Source: Candidatus Latescibacterota bacterium (lineage in GTDB: Bacteria; Latescibacterota; UBA2968; GCA-2709665). Taken from it: a DNA stretch of 64,000 nucleotides. The position numbers and the translations under genes are program-made. The notes under the pieces are model-generated. The model ran no database searches, was not told the origin of the DNA, and saw only the letters and a program-made list of their open reading frames with translations. Of the stretch, positions 19,257-29,722 are shown one piece after another; within the stretch, counting starts at the first letter, position 1; the number at the start of each line of letters is the position of its first letter. The DNA is taken from assembly GCA_965219455.1 (NCBI GenBank), contig OZ244744.1, forward strand, positions 4,576,001 to 4,640,000, written 5' to 3'.

Positions 19257-20024
19257 ATGGGTTTAGACGAGCATGTTGCTACATGGAAAGGTGAAGAGGA
19301 ACAACCCTTCTTGGGATGGGACTTTTCCTATCTGGATGGCAGGATGTTAGAAGGGCAAGCTCCATGGTCGTATTCTTCACGGGCTGCCGAGCTCATGCGT
19401 CGATGCTCGTCTGTCATTGACCTGGGAACAGGTGATGGTGAGAGGTTCCTGAACTTACAGGAATTTTGGCCAAAAGTGGTTGTGGCAACGGAGGAATATG
19501 CACCTAACCTCAAGTTGGCAACAGAACGTCTCGTTCCATTGGGAGCGAAAGTTGTAGATGTTCGATTGACTGATTGCGATTCAGTGCCTCTTTTCGATCG
19601 CAAGTTTGATCTCGTTCTAAATCGCCATTCCGCCTTCAATCCCAATGAAGTTGCCCGTATTCTCACGCCTGGCGGTACATTCCTGACACAGCAAGTTCAC
19701 GGGTTATGGGCCTATGACTTACTGGCAGCGTTTGACGCTAAACCGCAATGGCCCGGATCCACCCTTGAAAGGTATGTGGCTCAATTGAGAACGACGGGCC
19801 TGACTATTCTCAATGCCGAAGACTGGTCTGGCCGGCTGGCTTTCGCCGACGTGGGCGCCGTGGTCTATTACTTGAAGGCTGTTCCCTGGCTGGTTCCTGG
19901 GTTTTCAGTCGAAACGCACGTGGAGTTCCTGTTAAGGCTGCAACGCCGTCTTGACAGCGGCGATGGGTTGGCTTTCGCAGCGAGGAAATTCCTGATTGAA
20001 GGGCAAAAGGAGGGGCCAGCTTGA
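19257..20024 (+). CDS. Class I SAM-dependent methyltransferase
   Basis: GWDFS, DLGTGDGE, FDLVLNRH, GGTFLTQQV. Confidence 0.9.
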   Translation: MGLDEHVATWKGEEEQPFLGWDFSYLDGRMLEGQAPWSYSSRAAELMRRCSSVIDLGTGDGERFLNLQEFWPKVVVATEEYAPNLKLATERLVPLGAKVVDVRLTDCDSVPLFDRKFDLVLNRHSAFNPNEVARILTPGGTFLTQQVHGLWAYDLLAAFDAKPQWPGSTLERYVAQLRTTGLTILNAEDWSGRLAFADVGAVVYYLKAVPWLVPGFSVETHVEFLLRLQRRLDSGDGLAFAARKFLIEGQKEGPA

Positions 20025-20058
20025 AAGGCGCCAAATGGTATCGATTGTGATCGTTTTC

Positions 20059-20171
20059 GTGTGACAGCGCGGTGTTGTGCTGCGGCGCGGAGCCTGTCCT
20101 GAGCCTGCCGAAGGGCGCCCTGGCCTTCGGCAACCCGCTTCGCTGGTTCGGCAATCGGTGAGACGTCACAC
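20059..20171 (+). repeat. attC-like site (GAC/GTC cores) containing a REP-like unit
   Basis: GTGTGAC...gagcctgtcctgagcctgccgaaggg...GTCACAC. Confidence 0.78.
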
Positions 20172-20240
20172 GCAAGCGGGGCCAGATATGGTAAGGATAT
20201 GAGTGGTGTGTCCTCCACCGCTTCTGACGGAGGTCTTTTT

Positions 20241-20867
20241 ATGCATGTATACGTAGTCTTCGCGCACCCTACGAGGAGGTCTTTTACCGGGGAGGTTTTG
20301 GACGAATTGTGTCGAGGATTCGACGATGGAGGACATTCATACGAGATCGGGGACTTGTATGAAATGGACTTCAAATGCGAAATGCACCTGGATGAGTACA
20401 CTCGCGAGATGAACGTCCAGGGTAATCGCTCCGCCCTCCCCATACCATCGGACGTGGAAGTCGAACACAGCAAGATCAGCAGGGCAGACGGCCTGGCCTT
20501 TGTTTTTCCCGTTTGGTGGAGCGACTGTCCGGCAAAGTTGAAGGGATGGTTCGACCGGGTTTGGGTCTGCGGATACGCCTACGAGTACCAGTTTGCCAGG
20601 GAGACCTATCCGTTTCCGCGACTCTCAGTCGAAAGGGCTCTCGTTCTCTGTCCGGTGGGTAATACTCTAGAGGGTCTGGAAGAGACTGGTATTGCTGAAG
20701 CCATGAGGCGGTTATACACACATGATCGCCTCCGCCCTGACGCGGGTGTGAAGCATTGTGAGTTCGCACTCCTTCCCGGAATGGCAGATCACTTTGCAAC
20801 ATCGAGCAACAGGGCAAGGAATCTTGAGACCGCGTATCAGTATGGCAGGAACTTCCTGATGAAGTGA
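20241..20867 (+). CDS. Flavodoxin-fold NAD(P)H dehydrogenase (quinone)
   Basis: VFAHP..SFT, FPVWWSDCPAKLKGWFDRV. Confidence 0.9.
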   Translation: MHVYVVFAHPTRRSFTGEVLDELCRGFDDGGHSYEIGDLYEMDFKCEMHLDEYTREMNVQGNRSALPIPSDVEVEHSKISRADGLAFVFPVWWSDCPAKLKGWFDRVWVCGYAYEYQFARETYPFPRLSVERALVLCPVGNTLEGLEETGIAEAMRRLYTHDRLRPDAGVKHCEFALLPGMADHFATSSNRARNLETAYQYGRNFLMK

Positions 20868-20960
20868 AGCAACGTGAAACGCCAGCCTCATTCGATCTGA
20901 GGATGTAGCTGGTTTGCGGCCTCGTCTTCCTGGAAAGCAGCACGATAGTCCCTGGCACGC

Positions 20961-21047
20961 GTGTATCAGCAGCACGTGCGGCTCGGGCCATCCCGGCCCT
21001 CACCCAACTTGCCTTCGGCAGGTTCGCAAGTGCGCGGAACGTAATCG
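20961..21047 (+). repeat. attC-like site (degenerate)
   Basis: GTGTATC...aacttgccttcggcaggttcgc...aacGTAATCG. Confidence 0.65.
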
Positions 21048-21056
21048 GCAATAGTT

Positions 21057-21941
21057 TTGGGGCAGGTCATGATTTATGGCTGCGACGGACTTGAATCGCG
21101 AATAGCGGACCTGACCGGACGAGAAGTGGACCGGCTGCTACCGGTTCAGGGAGGTTACACAAACGCCTGCCGAAGAATCGTGAAATTCCGGGACGGAAAC
21201 ACGGCATTTGCGAAGTGTGCTACGGACCGGCGCACCAGTGGGTGGCTATATTCTGAGATTTCGATCTATCGCCAGCTTTCCGGCGATTTCATGGCGGCCG
21301 TTTTAGCGTGGGATGAGGAGGAACCTCCGTTGCTTCTATTGGAAGATCTGAGCGGGAACCCATGGCCTCCGCCCTGGACTGCTCCTGGTGTCGATATGGT
21401 TCTCGACAGCCTGGCGATGATACATGAAAGCCAGGCGAGTGTGCCCGAATATCGCGAGATCTTCACTCATGGAGGTTGGCACGAAGTTGCGGCGCACCCG
21501 GAGGCCTTCCTGTCGATACGCGTTGCAAGTGAATCGTGGTTGACAACGTGTCTACCCACCCTCCTGGAGGCGCATGATAGCGTTGAACCTGGAGGCAAAG
21601 CGCTTGTCCATCTTGACGTGAGAAGCGATAACGTCTGCTTTCGTGCCGACCGGGCCGTTTTAATCGACTGGAACAACGCCTGCTCCGGCAATCCCGATCT
21701 CGACATTGCCTTCTGGCTGCCCAGCCTTCACCACGAGGGCGGGCCGCCTCCACAGGATATTCTTTCGGGCGCCGGTCACCTGGCGTCGTACGTTACGGGG
21801 TATTTGGCTTCGCGTGCGGGGTTGCCGGACCTGCCTCATACACCGTTGGTTCGCAATCTGCAGAAGGCGCAGCTGAATGCAGGGCTTCAGTGGACGGTTC
21901 AGGAACTTGGACTACCTGAACCGGACATGATGGGAAGATGA
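21057..21941 (+). CDS. APH/choline kinase-like phosphotransferase
   Basis: HLDVRSDN, LIDW; start may be ATG 21069. Confidence 0.85.
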   Translation: MGQVMIYGCDGLESRIADLTGREVDRLLPVQGGYTNACRRIVKFRDGNTAFAKCATDRRTSGWLYSEISIYRQLSGDFMAAVLAWDEEEPPLLLLEDLSGNPWPPPWTAPGVDMVLDSLAMIHESQASVPEYREIFTHGGWHEVAAHPEAFLSIRVASESWLTTCLPTLLEAHDSVEPGGKALVHLDVRSDNVCFRADRAVLIDWNNACSGNPDLDIAFWLPSLHHEGGPPPQDILSGAGHLASYVTGYLASRAGLPDLPHTPLVRNLQKAQLNAGLQWTVQELGLPEPDMMGR

Positions 21942-21977
21942 ATGTCTTTGGCGTGACCCGAACGGGAAGGAGGTAAC

Positions 21978-22754
21978 GTGGCTGGGAAAGATTTCGACAG
22001 GTTTGTCAATCTCGACTCCATCGCGGATGGCTTCTTCAGAGACGCCGTCGTGGGCCACGTCTCGGTGTATTGCGAAGTATTCGCAGAACGGCTTGTCTCA
22101 GTCTATGTGTGGGGAAGTGTTCACCGGAATGAAGCAGTACCCGAAGTTTCCGATCTTGACCTGCATCCGTTTATCCTGGACTCCGTCACCGATGCGGACA
22201 GGTTCCAGTTGCGGGATTCCGAGGCATCCCTTCAAGAGGAGTTCCTCGCGACTCATGGGCTTGTGACACCGCGATCTGTTGACAGGGTATCCGAGGTCGC
22301 AACGCGCCTCCGCTACGACGCCACGCTCGTCTGGGGAGAGGATCTGATTAAAGGGATGGAGATTCCACCCCCCGATCCCGTCGGCGCGTTCCGCGACCCA
22401 CGGGAGCTTGTTCGATATGCAGCGGGATTGCGGGAGGAGAACACAACCGACTTCTCCCTTCCTGACGAGCCCTCATTGCGCCTCCGTAAGCTCGGACGCC
22501 TGGCCGTGCTGGGTGGCGGGTATCTCCTCATGGCAAGCGGAGGCGGGTATTCCCTCAAGGGGTCGGAGGTTCTTCCGCTGCTGGAAGAGGTCTCTCCAGA
22601 TTGGCGAGGATTTCTGAGGAAAACTTCTGAAATCTATGTTCATCCCGTCCAACCGAGCGAGAGCGAGGTAGACGAATATCTGTCTCAACTGGTTGAGTGG
22701 ATGGAATGGATCGAAGATCAACTGCAGGATGAGTCAGCTGTGAGCCGCACCTGA
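21978..22754 (+). CDS. Nucleotidyltransferase-domain protein
   Basis: VYVWGSVHRNEAVPEVSDLDL; AGGAGG RBS. Confidence 0.8.
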   Translation: MAGKDFDRFVNLDSIADGFFRDAVVGHVSVYCEVFAERLVSVYVWGSVHRNEAVPEVSDLDLHPFILDSVTDADRFQLRDSEASLQEEFLATHGLVTPRSVDRVSEVATRLRYDATLVWGEDLIKGMEIPPPDPVGAFRDPRELVRYAAGLREENTTDFSLPDEPSLRLRKLGRLAVLGGGYLLMASGGGYSLKGSEVLPLLEEVSPDWRGFLRKTSEIYVHPVQPSESEVDEYLSQLVEWMEWIEDQLQDESAVSRT

Positions 22755-22820
22755 TCCGCGCCATCATCGCGAATGGGCGATCATTAACACTGAACGAAAG
22801 AGGCTGGCAAGGGCGACTTC

Positions 22821-22909
22821 CGCGAACAAGCAGGACTTCGGCTCCGGCGCATTCGAACGTCCGACCTGACTTGCTTGCGGAAAGTTCGCAGCCCGAGCGG
22901 GCGTTTTCG
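22821..22909 (+). repeat. attC-like site (degenerate)
   Basis: gACttccgcGAAC...gttcgcagcccg...GTTTTCG. Confidence 0.65.
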
Positions 22910-22940
22910 GAAATAGACTCATTCGAGGGAGTTACCAACG

Positions 22941-23708
22941 TTGAGCGAAGACGTCAGACGTTTTTACGATGACTTAGCTGCTGATTACCATCACGTTTAC
23001 GCAGAGTGGGAATCGGCAATCGAACGGCAGTCGTGTGTACTGGATCGGTTGATTCAACGTGAATCGTCAGTAGATGCATCGCTTGTCCTGGACTGTACAT
23101 GTGGAATAGGCACCCAGGCAATTGGCCTGGCGCGGCGAGGATACGAAGTCTTCGCGTCCGATCTTAGTCCGAAGGCGATTGCCAGGGCGAAATCAGAAGC
23201 AGCTAACCGGGGACTGACGGTTGAATTCGCCGTTGCCGATGTTCGTGAGGTGGAATGTGCCTTCGCCCACAAATTTGACGTCGTAATAAGTTGTGATAAC
23301 TCACTACCGCATCTCTTGACTGACGAAGACTTGACCCTCGCTCTCCGAAGCATTCGGCGCACACTTGCGGGTAATGGACTGTTTATTGCCAGTACTCGCG
23401 ATTACGATTGGCTGCTCGCGGAAAGACCGTCGTTTATGGGTGCGAACGTTCAGGATGTACCGGAGCGCGAGGTCATATCGTTTCAGATCTGGGACTGGTC
23501 GAAGGAATCAGATACCTATTTGATTCGGCTTTTCATAATGAGCCAGAAACCGAGTGGATGGCAAGTAAGAGAGGTTAGGACTCGCTACCGGGCGATTCGG
23601 CGCAAGGAGCTCACTCTAGCCCTGGAGTCCGCCGGATTCTCGAAAATCGCCTGGCATACACCTGAACAGTCTGGTTATTTTCAACCCGTTGTGACGGCGC
23701 ATGCCTAA
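22941..23708 (+). CDS. Class I SAM methyltransferase (glycine/sarcosine N-methyltransferase-like)
   Basis: LDCTCGIGTQ, FDVVISCDNSLPHL. Confidence 0.88.
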   Translation: MSEDVRRFYDDLAADYHHVYAEWESAIERQSCVLDRLIQRESSVDASLVLDCTCGIGTQAIGLARRGYEVFASDLSPKAIARAKSEAANRGLTVEFAVADVREVECAFAHKFDVVISCDNSLPHLLTDEDLTLALRSIRRTLAGNGLFIASTRDYDWLLAERPSFMGANVQDVPEREVISFQIWDWSKESDTYLIRLFIMSQKPSGWQVREVRTRYRAIRRKELTLALESAGFSKIAWHTPEQSGYFQPVVTAHA

Positions 23709-23721
23709 TAGAGTCTACTTC

Positions 23722-23810
23722 CGATAACAGCACGTTTTGCGCTACGGCGCTGATCGCGCCTTGGCCTTCGGCAACCGCTTCGCGGTTCCCAAACCGGCAT
23801 AACGTTACAC
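23722..23810 (+). repeat. attC-like site
   Basis: CGATAAC...ggccttcggcaaccgcttcgcggtt...aacGTTACAC. Confidence 0.85.
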
Positions 23811-23907
23811 GCAAGGGCCGTCTTTCCTGAATTGGAGCAAGACAATACCGTGATAACCCTGAAAAACCAACCTGCAACCCGTGACCGAGTGGGGGGAGCC
23901 CTAATCA

Positions 23908-24414
23908 ATGCCTCGTGACATTGGTCCAGGAACTCACCTGTTTTGGTCGGCGAAGTCCGGCCTTCATTCAGGAGCCGTTGTAAGACCTGGGGACTTCCAA
24001 ACCCGTTTAATGCGTCAGGTCCTGATCGAAGTCCAAACGGACTCTCTCGCGGTAACGGTTCCAGATGCCGCCGAGACAGGTCGTGTCATGATGGAACTCG
24101 CGTGGGAGACTGTTCGTCTACGGGAATTTCCCCATAGGCCAAGTCGGTTTGACTGCCTCTTTCTCTGGCCGGAAGCGAGTGCTGCCAGACGATTCGACTC
24201 CCATAGGGAAGCGTGCGAACTGTATGACGTCGAGATTCTTGAATGCTCACGCGCGTTCGCTGCTGATATGAACCTGATAAGTTACTTCGAAGAATTCGAA
24301 ACCCTTCAATCGATGTTCGAGCGGGCGCGACGATACTGGCAGAACGAGAGAAAGGACGAGCACGGGGAGATCCTGTTGGAAGGTACAATTCGGATTCAGG
24401 GGACAATCTTGTAG
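23908..24414 (+). CDS. DUF2441-like protein
   Basis: ELAWETVRLREFPHRPSRFDCLF...ARRYW...EILLEG. Confidence 0.65.
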   Translation: MPRDIGPGTHLFWSAKSGLHSGAVVRPGDFQTRLMRQVLIEVQTDSLAVTVPDAAETGRVMMELAWETVRLREFPHRPSRFDCLFLWPEASAARRFDSHREACELYDVEILECSRAFAADMNLISYFEEFETLQSMFERARRYWQNERKDEHGEILLEGTIRIQGTIL

Positions 24415-24587
24415 ATGAATACCGGGGCAGACTTGCTGTTCTCGAATTGCAGCGTGACCGCGCAGGGCAAGCGATACACATTGTGTGGGGCATCCCGGCC
24501 GGAAATACCTCACCCGCCGTTGTAGTGACGGCCTATCGCCCCAACAGACAGGATTGGGACGAGGGTTTCATCAGGAGGCGAACATGA
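24414..24587 (+). pseudogene. DUF4258-like toxin, C-terminal remnant
   Basis: LQRDRAGQAIHIVWGIPAGNTSPAVVVTAYRPNRQDW; no start; ATGA overlap with the partner. Confidence 0.7.
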
Positions 24588-24799
24588 CGAGCAGAGTGAC
24601 TACGAAACTCGTGCGCGCAGGGGAATATGCTGCGGAAGTGGAAGTGGAGTTGATCGATGGTGACGCGGGATGGCCGCCCAATCTTTCGGTCAGAGATGCT
24701 GAAAAGCTGGATGATGTTCGTGAGGCTCTACGGATCTGTAACCTGGAGCAGGCGGCTCAGATGGCTCGGGTATTCCGGCTGACCCCGATTGAGGCGTGA
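24584..24799 (+). CDS. Putative antitoxin partner of the DUF4258-like toxin
   Basis: KLVRAGEYAAEVEVELI...DAEKLDDVREALR; AGGAGG RBS. Confidence 0.7.
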   Translation: MTSRVTTKLVRAGEYAAEVEVELIDGDAGWPPNLSVRDAEKLDDVREALRICNLEQAAQMARVFRLTPIEA

Positions 24800-24860
24800 A
24801 GCACCTCAACTTCCCGAAGGACATTGTCCATCGCCCGGACATTAAAAGGAACCATATAGC

Positions 24861-25566
24861 GTGAAAGTGGCTCTTGGTGTCCCCCAAGTAAGACTAAACC
24901 GGCAGGATAATCTCTCCGGCTTGATGCAGATGACTGAGGATGCCGCAGACGTCAATGCAGAGATGATTGTTTTTTCCGAAGCGGCGATTACAGGATTTGT
25001 AAATACCGGGGACCCCGATTATGATCTGTCTCTTGGTCAATCGATTCCCGGAGTTGCTTCAGAGGCACTTTGCCAGCTTGCTGCCAGATGCCGAATTTGG
25101 GTGGCAACAGGTTTCTTTGAACGAGTTGAGGATCGCCTCTACACCGATTGGAACCGCTGCCTTTTTGCTTTGTGGCGATCTATTCAATAATACCTGCTTT
25201 TCTCGGTTGAAGGCACTAAATCCGGACTGGTTGTTGTATCCTATGGCTCGCGGGTTTGATGAAGATGTTGCAGATACGGCTATGTGGCATAGACAGGAAA
25301 AGTACCTTTATGCCCGGCGAGCGCGAGAGGCCGGCGTCAATATGATGTTGGTCAATCAGTTGACAGACGACGAAATGGGAGGTTTCTTCGGCGCTGCTTT
25401 ATTTGTCTCAAGATCAGGTGAGATTCTGGGTGAATTTCCTTTAAAAGAAGAAGGCATGTTGCTCATCGATATACCAGAATGTACCCAACAGCACGCACGG
25501 CGGGGCGCGTCAGGTCCGCAGCACGGGATTGTCCCACCTGCCCCAGGAGAGCCGCGCTGCCCATAA
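24861..25566 (+). pseudogene. Carbon-nitrogen hydrolase (nitrilase family) with an internal deletion/frameshift
   Basis: IVFSEA in one frame and FLLCGD in another; the catalytic Lys segment is missing near 25140. Confidence 0.75.
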
Positions 25567-25640
25567 TCTCTTTTTCAGCCCGTTTTCGGCGGACATAGGG
25601 CGTCGGCCACACGCCTCGTGGCCAGGAATAGCAGGTCGTG

Positions 25641-27303
25641 ATGACCAAATCTCTCCTGAATCACCCCACTCTCGAGGTCAATCGCAAACAGGCCAAAGCT
25701 CTCGTTCGGGATTTCGCCGCCGGCATCCCCGAAAGCCATCGCTTGTGTCCCGGAGCAGCTTCCCGGACGTGTGAAACCCATCACGGGACGCGACGCTCAG
25801 TTCGTGATCGCACGGGAGTCCGGTTATCACGGATGGACAGCGTAGAGGTCGGCTACTATGGGCAAATCTGCTGAATTGAAGTGGGCAGTAGAAGCGGCCG
25901 AGAAGGCCATCCACGCCAACGATACCGCTCGCCTGGACAGCCTCCTTGCGGAGCACCCGGGTCTGCTCACGTGGCGCAATCCGGACGACGAGCGCCCCGT
26001 TCTGCTTTACGCTACCACCTCCTACGCCAACTTTCCCGGCGCCGAGAATGAAGTTGTCTTCAACCGGCCCGACTGTGCCCGCCTGTTGATTGAAGCTGGC
26101 GCGGTTATGCATCCCCGGGTCTACTTGAGGGCAATCGACACCGGTGCACACGGCATGCTGGCGCTGTTTGACGAATACGGCGTACTGCCGGAAAACCTGC
26201 GTACGTTGACCGCGAGGGGCGATCTCGATAGGGTGCGGGGATGTTTCGACCCTGCCGGCGTCCTGCGCAACGTCGGTCGCCCGGAGGCGGAACTGCGCAC
26301 CGGGTACACCGGCGCCGAGGCGGACTGGCCCGATCCCGCGGATGATCGGTTGATCGTCGCCGACGCGTTTCTCTACGCCTGCCGGCTGGGTCATCGCGAC
26401 ATCGCGCATTTACTGATGGATCGTTGCCTTCAGCTCGACGACAATCTTCGGACGCGCGTGGCGGCATGGCAGGGGAAAACGGCCTTTGTCGATTACCTGC
26501 TGGAGAAGCGGCCAGAGGGGGGAAGACAGGCGCGTTCCTACCGGGAGGCGAACGACGACCCCGGTCTGATCTGGCGTCGGGCCGTGGAACTGCGCCTGCT
26601 CGCCGCCCTGGACGAGGGCAACGCGGAATCCATCCGCGATCTGCTCGCGACCGAATCTTTCCTCCTGGGCCCCCGCTATCTCGAGACCCAGGAAATGATG
26701 CTTGCAGCCGCGGCCTGCTCCGAGGGAAAACTGCCGGTAATCGAAGCCGTGATCACGGCCGGCGCGGCCATCGCCACGGTGGATGAACCGCCGGTGTCTC
26801 GCGCCGTCCTCTATGCTCTCGAATACGGGAATGCCGACTACGTTCCGGCCTTGTCGCAAATCTGGCCCGTGCCTGACGATCTGCCCCACGCTGCCGGTCT
26901 GGGCAACCTGGAGGCAGTCGAAAAGAGGTTCGCCGACGGCTATCCGCAGTTGGGCGATCCATCCTTGTATGCCTGCCCACCCGGGGAATCACCATTGGCC
27001 AGCGTTCAGGAGATCGTCGATAGGGCTTTGGCCTGGGCGGTGCAGAACGGGAACTACCAGATCGCGGACTATCTCCTGGATCACGGCGCGAATATCAACA
27101 CGAGATGGAGTACCCACGAGCCGGCAAGCATCCTGCACGAATGCGTCTTCGCCGGCCGCATGGAACAGGTCGTGTATCTCGTTCGCAAAGGGATCGACGT
27201 GACCCTCAGGGATCATCGACACGATGCCACCCCGGAAGACTGGGCACGGCACGCGGGACAAAAGGAAGTCGCCGAATATCTGGCGGGATTGAAAGGTACG
27301 TGA
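25641..27303 (+). pseudogene. Ankyrin-repeat protein; N-terminus disrupted (intact ORF 25858-27303)
   Basis: PTLEVNRKQAK...DAQFVIARESGYHGW N-terminus broken by a frameshift and a TAG; ALAWAVQNG, LLDHGANIN, ILHEC ankyrin motifs. Confidence 0.75.
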
Positions 27304-27460
27304 TCTGCGGTTTCGTTTGCCCTGTTTAACAAGCTCATCCGGCGGACTGTGGAGAATCCCGGCTGTTTCGACCAGCCTTGACGGGGGTGAAGCTGAGTCA
27401 AATTCAAATTACATGCGCCGGCATCGGGAAATAACCTTCATGTTGGGCAATTCTGCATAC

Positions 27461-27527
27461 GGATCTCGCAAGAACCCAAAGGCACCTTGATGTAATAATG
27501 AATGAGAATGAAGCAGAATGCGATTAA
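27461..27527 (+). pseudogene. Second, highly eroded integrase 3' end
   Basis: DLARTQRHLDVIMNENEAECD* aligns codon for codon with [21 protein letters not shown] at 7502-7567. Confidence 0.7.
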
Positions 27528-27546
27528 GGACGGTAGCTGATTAATT

Positions 27547-27659
27547 GCATTCCTGAACATCTTCGGCTACAAGCTCCAACGTAACATGCTTTCGAACGTT
27601 CGCAGATCCTCCGACCAGATACGAATTACCGTTGCTGTTTTGTAATACCGTAGTTATAG
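27547..27659 (+). promoter_or_regulatory. attI-like site 2
   Basis: gcattcctgaacat...ggctacaagct...cgaacgttcgcagatc...taataccgtaGTTATAG; homologous to 7584-7697. Confidence 0.75.
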
Positions 27660-27669
27660 GAAATGCCAA

Positions 27670-28335
27670 ATGACCCCAAGCGACGATGCTTCTTACGGCG
27701 ATTCCTCGGTGTGGGATAGCCGCTTCAAACGCGAAGGTGATTTGGATTGGGGAGGGTTCTGGATAGATCCTTTTGTGGACACTTTAGCCGAGAGCAATTG
27801 CAGGAAGGTTCTGGATCTGGGATGTGGGTCGGGGAACGACGTACGTCGTCTTGCAAATTTAAACCTCCAAGTCACGGGTCTGGATTTTTCGAAAATAGCG
27901 CTAGACATCGCCCGTTCGCAGCGGAATCCGAGAGCCGGTTTTGTGAGGGCTGATATGGCTAGGGGGCTTCCGTTTCTCAAACGGTGCTTCGATGCCGTCT
28001 TTTCGAACGTGGCGCTTCACATGTTCGACGACATGATGACGAGGGCTGTCATTCAGGAGGTAAAGCGCATTCTCCGCCCCTCAGGGATTTTTGTCTTTCA
28101 CGTGAACTCAGTTGATGACCGTGAGCTACGAGCACGCCGGAGGCAGGTATCCGAGAAACTGGGGCCGAACCGGGTGCGTGAAGCGGATGGCCAGACAGTT
28201 CACTTTTTCTCTCAATCCGAGCTTGAAGGTCACTTTCAAGAGTGGACGCATCTTGAGATCGAGCACCTATTCGTACCTGATGGAATAACAGGAAAGCCTT
28301 TCAAAGCCGTCTGGCGAGGATGTGCGCGGAATTGA
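27670..28335 (+). CDS. Class I SAM-dependent methyltransferase
   Basis: VLDLGCGSG, GLDFS, FDAVFS. Confidence 0.9.
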   Translation: MTPSDDASYGDSSVWDSRFKREGDLDWGGFWIDPFVDTLAESNCRKVLDLGCGSGNDVRRLANLNLQVTGLDFSKIALDIARSQRNPRAGFVRADMARGLPFLKRCFDAVFSNVALHMFDDMMTRAVIQEVKRILRPSGIFVFHVNSVDDRELRARRRQVSEKLGPNRVREADGQTVHFFSQSELEGHFQEWTHLEIEHLFVPDGITGKPFKAVWRGCARN

Positions 28336-28369
28336 GATTGCTGTGGCAAGGAAAAAGGTTTAGCACTAG

Positions 28370-28452
28370 CTATAACGCGTCCGTGCCCGGCTGCGGGACA
28401 TTCGGCCCTTCGCGCAACCACCGTGCGGATCGGGCACGGCGAGACGTTAGCT
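28370..28452 (+). repeat. attC-like site (main family)
   Basis: CTATAACgcgtccgtgcccg...cgggcacggcgagacGTTAGCT. Confidence 0.88.
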
Positions 28453-28519
28453 GAGAATAGCCGCGAAGACATTCTCTTCCTCTTTTTCATTGCAGGCAAT
28501 GCGTGAATCGGAGACCAGT

Positions 28520-29572
28520 ATGATATTTACCAGACGTATATGGCCCATGTTGGCGGTATTATTTATGGCATCGGACGCCAAGGCCAATGGCTTCGCCATG
28601 GGTCATCGCCATGTTCCAATAGTGGTGGACGTAGACGTAACCCTTCACACCGGGGAAACCGTGCGCTTGCGAGCTGGTCAGCCCATCTACGTTAACGACG
28701 AATTCCGGACGTATTATCGCGAACAACCTGTCGAGATCCCTTCAAGTGCCCTGCCGGCATCACTCGATGGATACCGTCTTTATAGACAAAGGAGCTTGAA
28801 ACGGAGCGCCAGCCTACTTTCGTTGGAGGCCTCAGAGGAGGCAAATCCGATTGCGAGGACATGGCTATACCTCTTGGCCGGGCACTCATATGTAATAGGT
28901 GGCGGCTTTACCGACAAGAGAGCAAATGAGGCTTACCAAAGGGCAACCGAGCCGCCATTGAACGTGTACAGTCCATACGGTCTATTCTTCAACGCAAAGC
29001 TTCTCGCAGGCAATAGGGACTATCGAAGGGCGAAGCGGGTGCTGCGGCGAATCAGGGAGAAGTTTGGTGAAGACGCAATTGATGCAGTTGGATCGACAAA
29101 GAGTGTCATGCTATTCACGACCTATACTCATGGATCTGCCATAACCGAGGGATATTTTAGGGGATTTCGCGGTCTCAGTTGGTCGATCCAAATTTTGGAT
29201 AGACTGCTTAAGGCACAGCAGAAATATCAAATGGGCGATCAAAGGGTTGAGTCTGAGGATTTGTGGAAGTACTTCCCTCCGAAAGCATCCTTGGGAGTCC
29301 CAAAGCCTGATGAGGCGCAGGAGTTGCTCCGACGTATTGTCACAGAATACCATGCGTCGGACGTGGCACCCGTGGCCTACTTCCGGCTCCTGACTTACTA
29401 CGAGGCTCCTTATGAATTCAATGGGGACGACATTGCCAGATACCGATTCGAATTTTGCCAAATGACGAAGTTCCTATCGAAGTATCCAGACAGCAAAATA
29501 AGCGATGATGCGCGGAAGAGACTGGCCAAGGCGGGGAAGTTCTTGAAGGACAGAGGAATCCTGCCAAGGTAG
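28520..29572 (+). CDS. Exported hypothetical protein with TPR-like helices
   Basis: Signal-peptide-like N-terminus; FLSKYPDSKISDDAR-type motif. Confidence 0.65.
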   Translation: MIFTRRIWPMLAVLFMASDAKANGFAMGHRHVPIVVDVDVTLHTGETVRLRAGQPIYVNDEFRTYYREQPVEIPSSALPASLDGYRLYRQRSLKRSASLLSLEASEEANPIARTWLYLLAGHSYVIGGGFTDKRANEAYQRATEPPLNVYSPYGLFFNAKLLAGNRDYRRAKRVLRRIREKFGEDAIDAVGSTKSVMLFTTYTHGSAITEGYFRGFRGLSWSIQILDRLLKAQQKYQMGDQRVESEDLWKYFPPKASLGVPKPDEAQELLRRIVTEYHASDVAPVAYFRLLTYYEAPYEFNGDDIARYRFEFCQMTKFLSKYPDSKISDDARKRLAKAGKFLKDRGILPR

Positions 29573-29601
29573 TCGATACGTATCACCCGGGCGGCAACTC
29601 C

Positions 29602-29687
29602 AGCTTTCACGACGGGCTTCGGCTCCGGCGTATTCGCGCCTTCGCCAATCCTGCTTCGCAGGTCCGCGGCCTGCGAGGACGATATAT
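29602..29687 (+). repeat. attC-like site (right core GAT)
   Basis: AGCTTTCacgacgggcttcggctccgg...cctgcttcgcagg...GATATAT. Confidence 0.7.
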
Positions 29688-29722
29688 AAAATGGGAAGAG
29701 AGAATCAACATAACTTGAGGTA

